Assembly: GCA_963786105.1 (NCBI GenBank)
Contig: CAWAXX010000023.1
Span: 1-64,000, forward strand
Length of the DNA: 64,000 nt
From: Vulcanimicrobiota bacterium
GTDB taxonomy: Bacteria; Vulcanimicrobiota; Vulcanimicrobiia; Vulcanimicrobiales; Vulcanimicrobiaceae
Reading direction: 5' to 3'
Positions 33,317 through 43,957 of this stretch are shown here, one piece after another. Made by a program: the position numbers and the translations under genes. The notes under the pieces were generated by a model. It saw only the letters and a list, made by a program, of their open reading frames with translations. It was not told where the DNA came from and did not search any database. Each line of letters starts with the position of its first letter. The stretch's first letter is position 1.

Positions 33317-34333
33317 CTAAAACCTCACCATCTCGCGCATCGCGTCGGCCATTTTGGCCGGTGACGACATGTACTCTTCCTCGAGCGGCAAGGCGTACCC
33401 CATAGCGGGGACGTCGGGCGCGCAGAGACGCCGAATCGGTGCGTCGAGATGGAAGAGCGCTTCCTCGGCGACCATCGCGCTGATCTCGGCGCCGATGCCG
33501 CCGAACTTGTTGTCTTCGTGGACGATCAGCAACTTGCGGGTTTTCTCGACGCTGTTCAAGATCGTCGTCCGGTCCATCGGTCGTATCGATCGCAGATCGA
33601 TCACTTCGACCGAGAGGTTATCGGCCTGCAACCGTTGCGCGGCCTCGAGCGCCCAGTGTACGTAGAGGCCGTACGACACAACGGTAAGCGCAGAGCCCTC
33701 CTTTAGGACGTTGGCTTTTCCGATCGGAATCGTGTAATGGCCGTCCGGCACTTCGCCCTTGATCAAACGGTACGTTTTCTTGTGCTCGAGGAACATCACC
33801 GGATCGGGGTCGTCGATCGCCGCGTTGAGCAGACCTTTAACGTCGGCCGGGAAAGCGGGGGCGACGATCTTCAGGCCGGGAACGTGATAGAAGAGCGCCT
33901 CGATCGAAACGGAGTGCGAGAGCGCGCCGCGCACGCCGCCGCCGTAGGGAGTGCGAATGACCAGCGGGCACGTGTACTCGCCGTTCGACCGGTAGCGCGT
34001 CTTGGCAGCCTCTCCGACGATTTGATTGAACGCCGGATAGATGAAATCGGCGAACTGAATCTCCGCAATCGGCCTCAATCCTTCCATCGCCATGCCGACG
34101 GCGATGCCGACGATCGAGGCCTCAGCGATCGGCGTGTCGATTACTCGTTCCGGGCCGAACTCGTCGATGAAGTCCTTGGTGATGAGGAAGACGTTTCCAC
34201 GCGGACCGACGTCTTCGCCAATGATGACCGTGCGGTCGTCGTTCTTCATCGCCTCGTACAGGGTTGCGCGGACCGCCTCAACGTTGTTCATGACGGTCGA
34301 CGTCGCGCTGCTGCTCACTGCCACGGTTGCCAC
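33317..34333 (-). CDS. 2-oxoacid (branched-chain type) dehydrogenase E1 beta
   Basis: GEDVG, DTPIAE, EIQFADF, HS.S.E, FLEHK. Confidence 0.93.
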   Translation of the reverse strand: MATVAVSSSATSTVMNNVEAVRATLYEAMKNDDRTVIIGEDVGPRGNVFLITKDFIDEFGPERVIDTPIAEASIVGIAVGMAMEGLRPIAEIQFADFIYPAFNQIVGEAAKTRYRSNGEYTCPLVIRTPYGGGVRGALSHSVSIEALFYHVPGLKIVAPAFPADVKGLLNAAIDDPDPVMFLEHKKTYRLIKGEVPDGHYTIPIGKANVLKEGSALTVVSYGLYVHWALEAAQRLQADNLSVEVIDLRSIRPMDRTTILNSVEKTRKLLIVHEDNKFGGIGAEISAMVAEEALFHLDAPIRRLCAPDVPAMGYALPLEEEYMSSPAKMADAMREMVRF

Positions 34334-35341
34334 GCTCCTTCGTAGACGTGCGTGTAAAGCTCACCCGGTTCGGGATACGGCATGGCTTCGGCCGCATCGG
34401 TCGCTTCGTTGGTTTCCCGCAGAACGTCTTTACGAAGTGCCTCGACGTCGGATGCGGTCATGACGCCGTTGCCGACTAGCACCGCTTCGAACCGAGGAAC
34501 GGGATCGAGTTTACGGCGTTCGAGCACCTCGTCCCGCGTGCGGTACGTCATGTCGTTGTCATCGGTGGAATGCGCTAGGTACCGGTAACACGTGCCCTCG
34601 ATGAGCGACGGACCGCCTCCCGAGTGCGCGCGATCGAGCGCCTCTTTGACGGCCGCGTAGGTGTCGATTGGATCGAAACCGTTGAACCGCCGGCCCGGCA
34701 AGCCGTATCCGACGGCACGCTTCCAAATCTCGGGTTGCGCCATCTGCTTGTCGAGCGGCGTCGAAATCGCCCATTCGTTGTTCTCGACCAACATCACGAA
34801 CGGCAACTTGTGAATTGCCGCGAAAATTCATCGATTCGTGCCATTCGCCTTCGCTCGTGGTTCCGTCGCCGCAAGTTGCCAGCACCGCACGACCCGACTC
34901 GCCGCGATACTTCAGCGCAAACGCGGCTCCGACGGCGTGCGGTAAGTGCGCCGCGAGTATCGACGAAAACGACATCAGCCCGGCAGCCTTCGAGGAGTAA
35001 TGATTCGGAAATTGACGGCCGCCATTGTGGTCGGCAGCGCGCGCGAAGATCGAGAGCAGGATTTCGTAAGGCGTGAGTCCGATTCCGAGGGCTAGTCCCA
35101 GGTCGCGATAGTACGGCGCGAGCAGGTCCCGGCCGCGCGTAAAGGCCATCGCCGCACCGGCTTGCAACGCCTCGTGCCCCTCGCTGCCGAGTGCGAAGGG
35201 AACCTTCCCTTGACGGTTGAGCTGGAAGCCGCGGTTGTCGAGCTGGCGCTGGAGCAGCATATTGCGTAGCATCCGGCGCAGCTGCTCGTCGGTTAGGCCG
35301 TGGCGCTCGAAGGTGCTCGTTTGGGTGTCCGTCTTAGCCAT
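34315..35341 (-). CDS. 2-oxoacid dehydrogenase E1 alpha, copy 2 (frameshift near 34820)
   Basis: RQGK, GHEA, PYYRD, GDGTTSEGEWHESMNF..ENNEWAIS, YR..HSTDD. Confidence 0.9.
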
Positions 35342-35376
35342 ATCAGTCTTTCGCCTTGTCGGTCGTTGTGAAGGCG

Positions 35377-36484
35377 TCATCGCCACGGCTGCCAACCGTC
35401 GGCGTAGACATTGTCGAACAGGTCTTGCGCAAGCGGGTACGGCATCGATTCCGCCCGGTCGGTGGCTTGGTTCGCCTCGGCGAGGATGGAACGCTTCAAC
35501 GCTTCGGAGGCCTCCGCCGTCAAAATTCCATGCTCGGCCAGGAGCGCTTCGAAACGCGGCACCGGATCGTCTTTTCGGCGCTCCGCGACTTCTTCACGCG
35601 AGCGGTAGGTGCGGTCGTCGTCGTCGGTGGTGTGGGAGAGAAACCGGTAGCACTTGGCCTCGACGAAGGTCGGGCCGCAGCCGGTTCTCGCGCGATCCAT
35701 CGCCGCCTTGACGGCAGCGTAACACGCGATGGCGTCCATCCCGTCGACCATCTACGCCGGGCATGCCATAGCCTTCGGCACGCTTATACAGATCGGGCTG
35801 CGCGGTTTGTTTGGATAGCGGCGTCGAAATGGCCCACTCGTTGTTCTCGCAGAGAAAAACGATCGGCAGCGCGTGCACGGCGGCGAAGTTAAGCGACTCG
35901 TGCCATTCGCCTTCGCTGGTCGCTCCATCGCCAAAAGTTACCAAAACCGCTCGTCCGCGCTCCTCGCGATACTTCAACGCATAGGCGGCGCCGACCGCGT
36001 GCGGCAACTGTGCGGCGATCACCGAGCTGATCGTATGAAGGCCGAGTCGCCGGCTGGCGTAGTGATGCGGGAACTGGCGCCCGGCCGAATGGTCCGCCGC
36101 CCGCGCAAACAGGGACAGCAGCACCTCGTACGGCGTCAGGCCGATACCTAGCTCGAGTCCGAGGTCGCGATAGTACGGAACCAGGATGTCCTTGCCGCGC
36201 TCGAAGGCCATGGCTGCCCCCGCCTGAACGGCCTCGTGTCCTTCGCTGGCCGACGCGAACGGTATTTTGCCTTGGCGGTTGAGCTGGAAGCCGCGATTCT
36301 CGAGCATTCGCTGCGCGAGCATGTTGCGAAACATCGCGATCAGTTGCGCGTCGGAAAGACCGTGCCGCTCGAAGGGCGGTCCCGCCTTCGCCGCCGGCGG
36401 CGCATCGTTGTGAATGGACACTGGACTTCGGTACTCGCCTTCATCTGCGTCCAAATCCTGCGATGACTCCGGGCGGCGCTTCAC
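35377..36484 (-). CDS. 2-oxoacid dehydrogenase E1 alpha, copy 1 (frameshift near 35750; start may be 36421)
   Basis: RQGK, GHEA, PYYRD, GDGATSEGEWHESLNF..ENNEWAIS, YRFLSHTTDD. Confidence 0.9.
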
Positions 36485-36522
36485 GGGAACCGCCTGCCCG
36501 CAGGCCGTACAGCCTCAAACCG

Positions 36523-37686
36523 ATGCCGCACTCAAGCCTTGCCGTCCCGCGAGACGAGTTGATTCGCTATCGTCGCCACTTTCACGCCCACCCGGAGCTG
36601 TCGCTGGAGGAGTTCGAAACGGCCGCCTTCATCGAGCGCGAGCTCAACGGCTGTGGGTTTGACCGGGTGCGTACCGAGGTCGGGAAGACAGGGATTACAG
36701 CGACGCTGCGCGGCGGCAAGCCCGGGCTGGTGACGCTGCTTCGAGCCGATATGGACGGCTTGCCGGTAACGGAGCGCAGCGACGCCGGTTACCGCTCGAC
36801 GCACGAGGGGGCAATGCACGCGTGCGGCCATGACGGCCACATGGCGATCCTGCTGTCGGCGGCTCGCGCACTGGCGGTGCGGCGGGCCGACGTGCCGGGA
36901 AGCATCGTGTTCTGCTTTCAACCCGGCGAAGAAGGTTTGGCCGGCAACCGTCTCATGATCGAAGACGGGGCGCTCGAAAACCCTCACGTCGACCGCACCT
37001 TTGCACTGCACTTGTACAGCGGGCTCGAGGTCGGCAAAGTCGGCATCCGCGACGGTCCGTTCTTCGCGGCGTCGGATCGCTTCTCGATCGTACTGACCGG
37101 GAAGGGCGGCCACGGCGCGATGCCGCAGGCAGCCATCGACCCGATCGTCGGCGCCGCGCAGCTGGTCAACGCTCTGCAAACGCTGGCCAGCCGCGAGATC
37201 GCACCGAAAGATCCGGTCGTCGTTACCGTCGGCTCGCTTCACGCCGGCACGACCTTTAACGTCATTCCCGATCGCGCCGAACTGAATGGAACGGTACGAG
37301 CGTTCGACGGCGGCGTTCGCCGGTCGATGCCGGAGCGCATCGAACGGGTCATCCGCGGCGTGTGCGAAGCGATGCGCCTGCAATACGAGTTCGAATACGG
37401 CTGGGGCTATCCACCGACGGTCAACGATGCCGCGATGAACGACGTGGTGCGCGATGTGGCGAGGTCCGTGGCCGGTGAGGAAAACGTCGTCGATCCGCAC
37501 GACATCCTCATGTGGTCCGAAGACATGGCGTACATGCAGCGAGAACGCCCGGGAGCGTATTTCGTGGTCGGCGTGCGCGGACCGGAAATAGGCTTCGAGC
37601 CGCAGCACAGTTCTCGCTACGACATCGACGAGCGCGCTCTCGAGGTGGGGTTCGAAATGATGGTCGGACTAGGACTACACGGCTAG
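36523..37686 (+). CDS. M20D family amidohydrolase
   Basis: RRHFHAHPELS, RADMDGLP, MHACGHD, FQPGEEG, SEDM. Confidence 0.9.
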   Translation: MPHSSLAVPRDELIRYRRHFHAHPELSLEEFETAAFIERELNGCGFDRVRTEVGKTGITATLRGGKPGLVTLLRADMDGLPVTERSDAGYRSTHEGAMHACGHDGHMAILLSAARALAVRRADVPGSIVFCFQPGEEGLAGNRLMIEDGALENPHVDRTFALHLYSGLEVGKVGIRDGPFFAASDRFSIVLTGKGGHGAMPQAAIDPIVGAAQLVNALQTLASREIAPKDPVVVTVGSLHAGTTFNVIPDRAELNGTVRAFDGGVRRSMPERIERVIRGVCEAMRLQYEFEYGWGYPPTVNDAAMNDVVRDVARSVAGEENVVDPHDILMWSEDMAYMQRERPGAYFVVGVRGPEIGFEPQHSSRYDIDERALEVGFEMMVGLGLHG

Positions 37687-37749
37687 CGCTCCGCTCAGGA
37701 TGACACGCGGACGTCCTTCGACTGCGCGCCTTCGGCGCTCTGCATGACA
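37686..37749. repeat. REP-like palindromic repeat, about 1.5 tandem copies
   Basis: GCGCTCCGCTCAGGATGACA followed by GTCCTTCGACTGC-GCGCC-ttc-GGCGC-...ATGACA; same motifs as 25671-25714. Confidence 0.7.
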
Positions 37750-37780
37750 AATGTCGCGCAGTTCGGGATGACACGACGGG

Positions 37781-38126
37781 CTAGGGTGCGTCGTCTTCGG
37801 TGACGGTCAAGACCCAGCGGACGGCGCGGGAATATTGATCGAGCTCGCGCAGCGATTGTTGCAGCCATCGAAAAGCTTCGTCCGACGATACGGGCGCGAG
37901 ATCCGCGCGCTCGAACGCGCGCGGCGAATTCGAGAGCCGCCTCGAGTTGGCTTTCGAGATTCGCCCACTGCGCGAGCAACGCCCGTTCCGAAGATTCGAG
38001 AAGGCGATCGATGACCGGGGGAGCCGGATCGCCGGGATGGCGCATTGCAAACTCGAGGCGCGCGAGAGCGTAGTGGCTTCGCGCGGTAATAAACGAAGCG
38101 AGCAGCTGCACGAGACGCACGTCCAT
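37781..38126 (-). CDS. Hypothetical helical protein (frameshift near 37920)
   Basis: MDVRLVQLLASFITARSHYALARLEF... joins ...ERADLAPVSSDEAFRWLQQSLRELDQYSRAVRWVL across frames; fills an otherwise empty gap. Confidence 0.55.
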
Positions 38127-38226
38127 CGGCACGCCGATTCTGCTGTAGGCCGCTAGCGCCCTACGGCGAATGCCCGGCCGGGGGTTTCCCGGACTTAGTT
38201 GGCGATAGGTCGAGTGGAGGGGCGAG

Positions 38227-39465
38227 TTGGCGAATTCTGACGTTCGCAGATACGTGATCATCGGAAACGGATTTGCCGGTACGACGGCTGCGGAACAACT
38301 TCGAAAGCACGAGCCGTCGTGCGAAATCGTGTTGTTCGGGGACGAACCGTATACGCTGTACAATCGCATCTCGCTGCCCCCGATGCTGCGCAAGCAGATT
38401 CCGGAAGCGAAAGTGATGATTCGAAACCTGGCGTGGCACGAAGAGCATCGTATCGAACTTCTCCTGCGTACTCGCGCCGACCGCGTGATTCCCGAAGAAC
38501 GCATCGTTGAGGCGGGCGGCAGGGCCTATCCGTACGACGCGCTGCTCATCGCGACCGGCGGCCGGCCGAATCCGACTGGTAAACCCGGCTCGGACGACGC
38601 CCAAAACTTGTATCCGTTTCAGTATCTCGACGACACCCGGTCGATCTCCGAGCAAATCGACCGGAGCCGAGCGGCCGTTGCGATCGGTGGCTCGTTCATC
38701 GCCTACGAGCTCGCCGAAGCGTTCTCTTCGCGCGGATTGGAAACGCACTGGCTCATGCGCGGGCCTCGCGCTCTCCATCGCGTGATCGACGACGCGGCCG
38801 GCGAACTGCTGCACGAAGCGGCGGCCGCCGACGGCGTCTACATGCACTACGGCGAGGAAGTCGAAGAGTTCGTGCGATCCAACGGCGTCATCACGAAAGT
38901 CCGCACCACGAGCGGCCAGGAAATCGAAGCCCAATGTTACGCGTACGGATTCGGCTTGCACATGAACACCGAACTCTGCGACGGTACGGAGATCCAAACG
39001 AGTCGGAACGGGATCCTTTGCGACGATCGGCTGGAAACTAACGTCAAAGGCATCTTTGCCGCCGGTGACGTGGCCGATTTCTTCGATCCGATTCTCGAAA
39101 TGCGCTATCGCATGGGTACCTGGAACAACGCCGGCGCCCACGGCAAGGTGGTCGCTCTCAACATGATGGGCGGCAGCGAAGTCTATCACGACGTTCCCGA
39201 ATACTCGTCGCTGCTGTTTAAAGGGCAGACGATTACGCAGTTCGGCATGGGCCCCGAGTTGCGACCCGACCTCGATATGGTTCGCAAAGTCGACCGCGAG
39301 AAGAAATGGTATCGCGCGCTGTTCTTCTGGCAAGACCGTCTCGTCGGCGGCTTGATGTTGGGTAAGGGTAACCGGGCCGGCAAGCGCAAGTACGTCGAGG
39401 CGATTAAAAACAAGCAACGATTCCCCAAGACGGAGTGGCAAGCGATGCTCGATTGGACCGCTTAG
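38227..39465 (+). CDS. FAD/NAD(P)-dependent oxidoreductase (ferredoxin/rubredoxin reductase-like)
   Basis: IIGNGFAG, YNRISL, LLIATGG, IGGSFIA, IFAAGDV. Confidence 0.85.
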   Translation: MANSDVRRYVIIGNGFAGTTAAEQLRKHEPSCEIVLFGDEPYTLYNRISLPPMLRKQIPEAKVMIRNLAWHEEHRIELLLRTRADRVIPEERIVEAGGRAYPYDALLIATGGRPNPTGKPGSDDAQNLYPFQYLDDTRSISEQIDRSRAAVAIGGSFIAYELAEAFSSRGLETHWLMRGPRALHRVIDDAAGELLHEAAAADGVYMHYGEEVEEFVRSNGVITKVRTTSGQEIEAQCYAYGFGLHMNTELCDGTEIQTSRNGILCDDRLETNVKGIFAAGDVADFFDPILEMRYRMGTWNNAGAHGKVVALNMMGGSEVYHDVPEYSSLLFKGQTITQFGMGPELRPDLDMVRKVDREKKWYRALFFWQDRLVGGLMLGKGNRAGKRKYVEAIKNKQRFPKTEWQAMLDWTA

Positions 39466-39553
39466 GGGCGGCGGCGCTTCGACGTTAGGAGGCGTGACGC
39501 TTTCGCGCGATGAAGCGGCTCGGCATATCGTTTTTCGTGAGGATGACCATACT

Positions 39554-40073
39554 GTGCGCCTAAAGATTGCGGTAGCGTTCGCTTGCATGCTGGTAGCGGC
39601 GACCGGCGAAGGGCGCGCCGCCGTCGTAGACGATGTCACCCAAAAAGCATTGACGGCCGACTACGCACTCCGGTGTACGGCTGCATTCGACCCCAGCGAT
39701 GCAAACCTCGACGCCGCTTTCGCGGTCTTGGCTCCGGAGTTCGTCGGCATCGATCCAACGGGCCAACAAGTGACGCGCGACGAGGTTGTCGGAGAACTAA
39801 AACAGCAGACTGAAATTGCTGCATGCGACCGCCTGCGATAACAAGATCGACTCGTTTACGCTGTCCGATCCGGCCACGATCGTCGTCGCCAACACCTTGC
39901 ATCTCGAGGGTGACCTGCAGGCGCCCGACGGCAAGCACGACTTGGCGTTGACCGAGAAGTCGCAAGACACTTGGAAGAACGAAAACGGAAAGTGGATGGC
40001 GTCGCAAAGAAAAGATTCACAAATAGTCGTAAAGATCGACGGCAACGTCGTTCAGGACCAAGGCGGACCCTAG
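39554..40073 (+). CDS. Secreted NTF2-like/DUF4440 protein (frameshift near 39810)
   Basis: Signal peptide; LAPEFVGIDPTGQQVTRDE; DTWKNENGKW. Confidence 0.65.
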
Positions 40074-41107
40074 GCCGAACAAGCGCGCGCGATGGCCTCG
40101 GCGAACCGGTCGACGTCGTCCGGAGTCGTTGCCCAGTGCGTCATCCAGCGCACCTCCGGCAATCGTTCGTCGAAAAGATAGAAGAAGAACTCTCGCCGCA
40201 AGCGCTCTATCGTCCGGACGTCGAGCGTTGCAAAGATGGCATTGCAGCGTACCGGACGCGTGATGGTGACCCCATCCATCGCGCTAACGCGCTCCGCGAG
40301 CCGAGACGTCATCGCGTTGGCGTGCGTGGCGTATCGCAACCAGCGGTCGCCGGCGAGCAGCGCTTCGAACTGCGCGCTGAGATAGCGCATCTTCGAGGCG
40401 AGCTGCATCGCTTGCTTGACGACGAAGGGCGCGGCTCCGGCATGCTGCTCGGGTTTGAAGAAGCAGATCGCCTCCCCGAGCAGCAGCCCGTTCTTGGTGC
40501 CGCCAAACGTGAGGACGTCGACGCCGGCCTCGACCGTCAGCGCGCGCGGCGTAACGCCCAACGCGGCGGCTGCGTTCGCGATTCGCGCGCCGTCGACGTG
40601 CACGAGCAAGTCGTGGCGATGGGCAAACGCGCACAGTTCCGCGATCTCGCCTGACTCGTACAGCCCCCCAAACTCGGTTGCCTGCGAGATCGAGACTACG
40701 CGCGGCTGTGGGAAGTGGACGACTCGTTCGGCGTGGACATACGGTTCGATATCCGCGGGACGCAGCTTGCCGTCCGCGGTGGCAATCGGCACGACCTTCG
40801 AACCGCTGAAGCGCTCAAACGCGCCGCACTCGTCGGTCTGCAAATGCGCGGTCGCCGGACAAAGCACGGCTTCCCAGGGTCGCAAAAGCGAGCCCAGCGC
40901 CGCAACGTTCGCACCGGTGCCGTTGAAGGCGAAATGCACGTCGACGCGTTCGCCAAAATGTTCGCGAAAGCGCGCCAACGCTCGGGCGGTCCACTCGTCG
41001 TCGCCGTAGCCGACGGCGTCGCCGGAGTTCGCGGCGGCGATCGCATCGAAAATCTCCGGCGCGATCGGCGCGGCGTTGTCGCTGGCGAAACTGCGCTCCA
41101 CGCTCAC
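40070..41107 (-). CDS. ltaE: Low-specificity L-threonine aldolase
   Basis: FASDN, YGDD, FNGTGAN, DECGA, HVDGAR, FGGTKNG, QLASKMRY. Confidence 0.88.
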   Translation of the reverse strand: MSVERSFASDNAAPIAPEIFDAIAAANSGDAVGYGDDEWTARALARFREHFGERVDVHFAFNGTGANVAALGSLLRPWEAVLCPATAHLQTDECGAFERFSGSKVVPIATADGKLRPADIEPYVHAERVVHFPQPRVVSISQATEFGGLYESGEIAELCAFAHRHDLLVHVDGARIANAAAALGVTPRALTVEAGVDVLTFGGTKNGLLLGEAICFFKPEQHAGAAPFVVKQAMQLASKMRYLSAQFEALLAGDRWLRYATHANAMTSRLAERVSAMDGVTITRPVRCNAIFATLDVRTIERLRREFFFYLFDERLPEVRWMTHWATTPDDVDRFAEAIARACSA

Positions 41108-41112
41108 CTTCG

Positions 41113-42474
41113 CTAGATGTCTACCGTTACGCCGCGGCGCGCGACTTCGGCATGGCCAGCCGAATGCCGAGCTGGCGAGCGTGGCAACGGCCGTCGCCGA
41201 CTCGACTTCACCGTGGACCGCGTACAGATGGGGCATTGACGGACAGGTTTCAAACCAGCGCTTCAGGTCGTTCTGATCGGCATGCGCCGAAAAACCGGAG
41301 AGATGCACGATTTTCGCCAGCACCGGAAGCGTGTCGCCGAAGATGCGAACGCTATGGGCGGCGTGAGTGAGCAGAAATCCAAGGGTCCCGACGCTTTGGT
41401 AACCGGGAAAAACGATCGTCGACTTGGGGTCGGCCAAGTGGTTGTGCAAATGGTGCAGGATGCGGCCGCCCGATGCCATGCCCGATGCCGAAACGATGAC
41501 CGCCGGTCCGGTGAGCGCGTTAAGCGCTTTCGATTGCACCGTCGTCACTTCCAGCGAGAAGTTTTGTACGCCGAAGGGCGTTCCGGACTGGTCGCGCGGA
41601 ATCGGTTTGTGCGCGTCGGGAAAGGCCGCAAAAAGCGCGTCGACCTTGGCGGCCATCGGACTATCTAGGTGGACCGGAAGGCTCGCGGCGCGTGGGTCGC
41701 GCGCCTGGATTTGGCGCGATGGCTCAGCAGAATATCTTGGGAGCGTTCCACCGCAAATGCGGGAATGACGATCGGACCGCCGCGTTCGGTCGCCTCGTCG
41801 AGCGTCGAACGGAGCGCCTCAGACGGATCGGGGGGATGGACGCGGTCGCCGTACGTCGATTCGCTGACGATGACGTCGGCCGCGCCGACGGGATCCGGAT
41901 CGTAGAGTAAGGGTCGTCGGTACCGGCCGAGGTCGCCGGAAAAGACGACCCGTTTCCCTTCGAACTCGAGAGCGACGAACGCCGAGCCGATGATGTGTCC
42001 GGCGTTGTGGTAGGTTGCGGTGGCTACGCCGGCCGGAGCGAACGGTGTGTCCAGTGCAACCGGTTGCACTAGGCGCATCGCTGCAACGACGTCGGATTCG
42101 TCGTAGTACGGCGGCGGCGCGTGCGGCCGCTCGTGATTGAATCCACGAGCGTGAAGTTCTCGCTGCAGGTGGGCGGCGTCGTCCAGCACGATCTGCATCA
42201 AACCTTGCGTTGGCGGCGTGCAGAATACCGCGCCACGGAAGCCGTCGCGGACGAGTTTCGGAAGGTAGCCGATGTGATCGAGGTGTCCGTGCGTGATGAC
42301 GACCGCGTCGATTTCGGATGCGGGCACCGGAAGCGGGACGTCGTTGAGGGCGCGCACGTCGACGACGCCTTGAAACAGGCCGCAGTCGATGAAAATGCGC
42401 CGGCCGCCGATGGTGAGCAGGTGTTTGCTGCCGGTGACCGTCCCGGCCGCACCGACGAACGTCAGCTCTGCCAT
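41113..42474 (-). CDS. MBL-fold / beta-CASP hydrolase (RNA-processing type), frameshifted
   Basis: GAAGTVTGS, THGHLDH, AGHIIGS, FSGD, ESTYGDR, PAFAVERSQ, SASGM..GGRI, FSAHAD, VHGE. Confidence 0.88.
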
Positions 42475-42487
42475 GCGTTACCGCCCA

Positions 42488-43108
42488 TTAGAGCGACCGC
42501 GTCTCTTGCGTGACCGCAGGGCGCCGGATGTCGAAGGCGGCGTGGCGATTGAACGCCCGCGAACTGGGCATAGCTCCTTCGACGTACGCGTCGAGGCAGC
42601 GATCGATCAGATCTTCCGGACGGTCGTTCGCGATCAAAACCGATCCGGTGTCCTTTTGAACGAGGTGGGCGATCGGCACGAACTCGTCGCTTATTCCGCC
42701 GGAGTGGGTGAGCACGCCGATGAGTTTTCCTTCGTCGTAGGCGATGCAGAACTCGCCCAACGTCCCGCTGCGGCCGCCGACGAAGATCACGAAATCGGAG
42801 CTGTGAATGTTGTGCGTTTCGCGCCCCATTAGGCCCGAGCCGGTGAACACCATCGCGGTGTACGGCTGTAGCGGCGATCCGTAAACGTTGACGTGTTCTT
42901 CGCGTGAGAGTGCCGGCGAGATGCCCAAGCTGTAGCCGCCGCATTCGGCGGCGCCGAGCACCGCCGCGTGCGGTAAACCCGGACAGGCGCCGGTAACGAT
43001 GGTGCAGCCGAGCTCGGCAATGCGCCGGCCCAGCCGGCGGGCGAGCGCTAATTCCCCGTCGGAGATTCTTCCACCGGCGGAGCCCATGACGCCGATTTGG
43101 ACGTTCAT
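42488..43108 (-). CDS. LOG/SLOG family protein (TIGR00725-like)
   Basis: IGVMGSA, TGACPG, GISP, TG.G..GRE..N, GGRSGTLGE. Confidence 0.78.
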   Translation of the reverse strand: MNVQIGVMGSAGGRISDGELALARRLGRRIAELGCTIVTGACPGLPHAAVLGAAECGGYSLGISPALSREEHVNVYGSPLQPYTAMVFTGSGLMGRETHNIHSSDFVIFVGGRSGTLGEFCIAYDEGKLIGVLTHSGGISDEFVPIAHLVQKDTGSVLIANDRPEDLIDRCLDAYVEGAMPSSRAFNRHAAFDIRRPAVTQETRSL

Positions 43109-43122
43109 GGGTCGAACGATGC

Positions 43123-43929
43123 GTGACGGCGATGAACGGTACCTACCGAGAACTCGAGCAGCGCTGGAAACGGCTGCGCGGCCAAGCAGGACTGCGCGTA
43201 CGCGAGGTCGCGTGCGTGGGCGCGCCGCGCACGCTGCTGTGCGCGGAATGGGGCGACCATACGCGTCCGTCGATCGCGATCGCGGCGGGAATTCACGGCG
43301 ACGAGCCCGCGGGTCCGTGGGCTCTGCTGGAGTTGGCGGAGTCGGACGGGCTCGATCCTTCGTTCGCCTATCGCTTATGGCCGTGCACCAACCCGACCGG
43401 GTTCGATGCGCGCACTCGGGAGAGTGCCGGCGGAATCGATCTCAATCGCACGTTCGGACGCGGCGGCCAATCGCCCGAAGCCAAGGCGATACTCATCGCA
43501 AATCGCGATCGAAAATTCTCCTTGTCGCTCGACTTGCACGAAGATGCCGACGCCGTCGGCTTCTACTGCTACGAATACGGCGTAGGCGACGTCGGGCGTG
43601 CGGTCGTCGCGGCGCTCGACGATGCCGGATTGCCGGTCGACCCGCTGGCGGCCACGTTCGATACGGCGGGCCCTCTGGACGACGCGAGTAGCGTGCGCGA
43701 ACGCGGGCGCATCACCGCCGATCACGTCGTCGAGGCCGAGTCGTTGGGCGCACTCTCGTATTCGCTGGCCATTGCGCGCAACGCAGCGCGACGTGCCTTG
43801 ACGTTCGAGACGCCGAGTCGCGAGCCGTGTGAGGCGCGACTCTCGATGCATCGCATTGCCGTGCGCGCAGCGATTGCCGCCATTTCTCAGGGTTTGGGTA
43901 AAGTAACCCGCGAAACGATGCTCGAATGA
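43123..43929 (+). CDS. M14 family zinc carboxypeptidase / succinylglutamate desuccinylase-like
   Basis: GIHGDE, NP.G, DLNR, LDLHE, TFETP. Confidence 0.82.
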   Translation: MTAMNGTYRELEQRWKRLRGQAGLRVREVACVGAPRTLLCAEWGDHTRPSIAIAAGIHGDEPAGPWALLELAESDGLDPSFAYRLWPCTNPTGFDARTRESAGGIDLNRTFGRGGQSPEAKAILIANRDRKFSLSLDLHEDADAVGFYCYEYGVGDVGRAVVAALDDAGLPVDPLAATFDTAGPLDDASSVRERGRITADHVVEAESLGALSYSLAIARNAARRALTFETPSREPCEARLSMHRIAVRAAIAAISQGLGKVTRETMLE

Positions 43930-43957
43930 AGACGGCTTGCTATGCACGAGTCCAACT

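Noticed and set aside
41113..43108. beta-CASP nuclease plus SLOG protein as an anti-phage system
   Set aside because: Both resemble common housekeeping families, sit with threonine aldolase, and have no defence-island hallmarks
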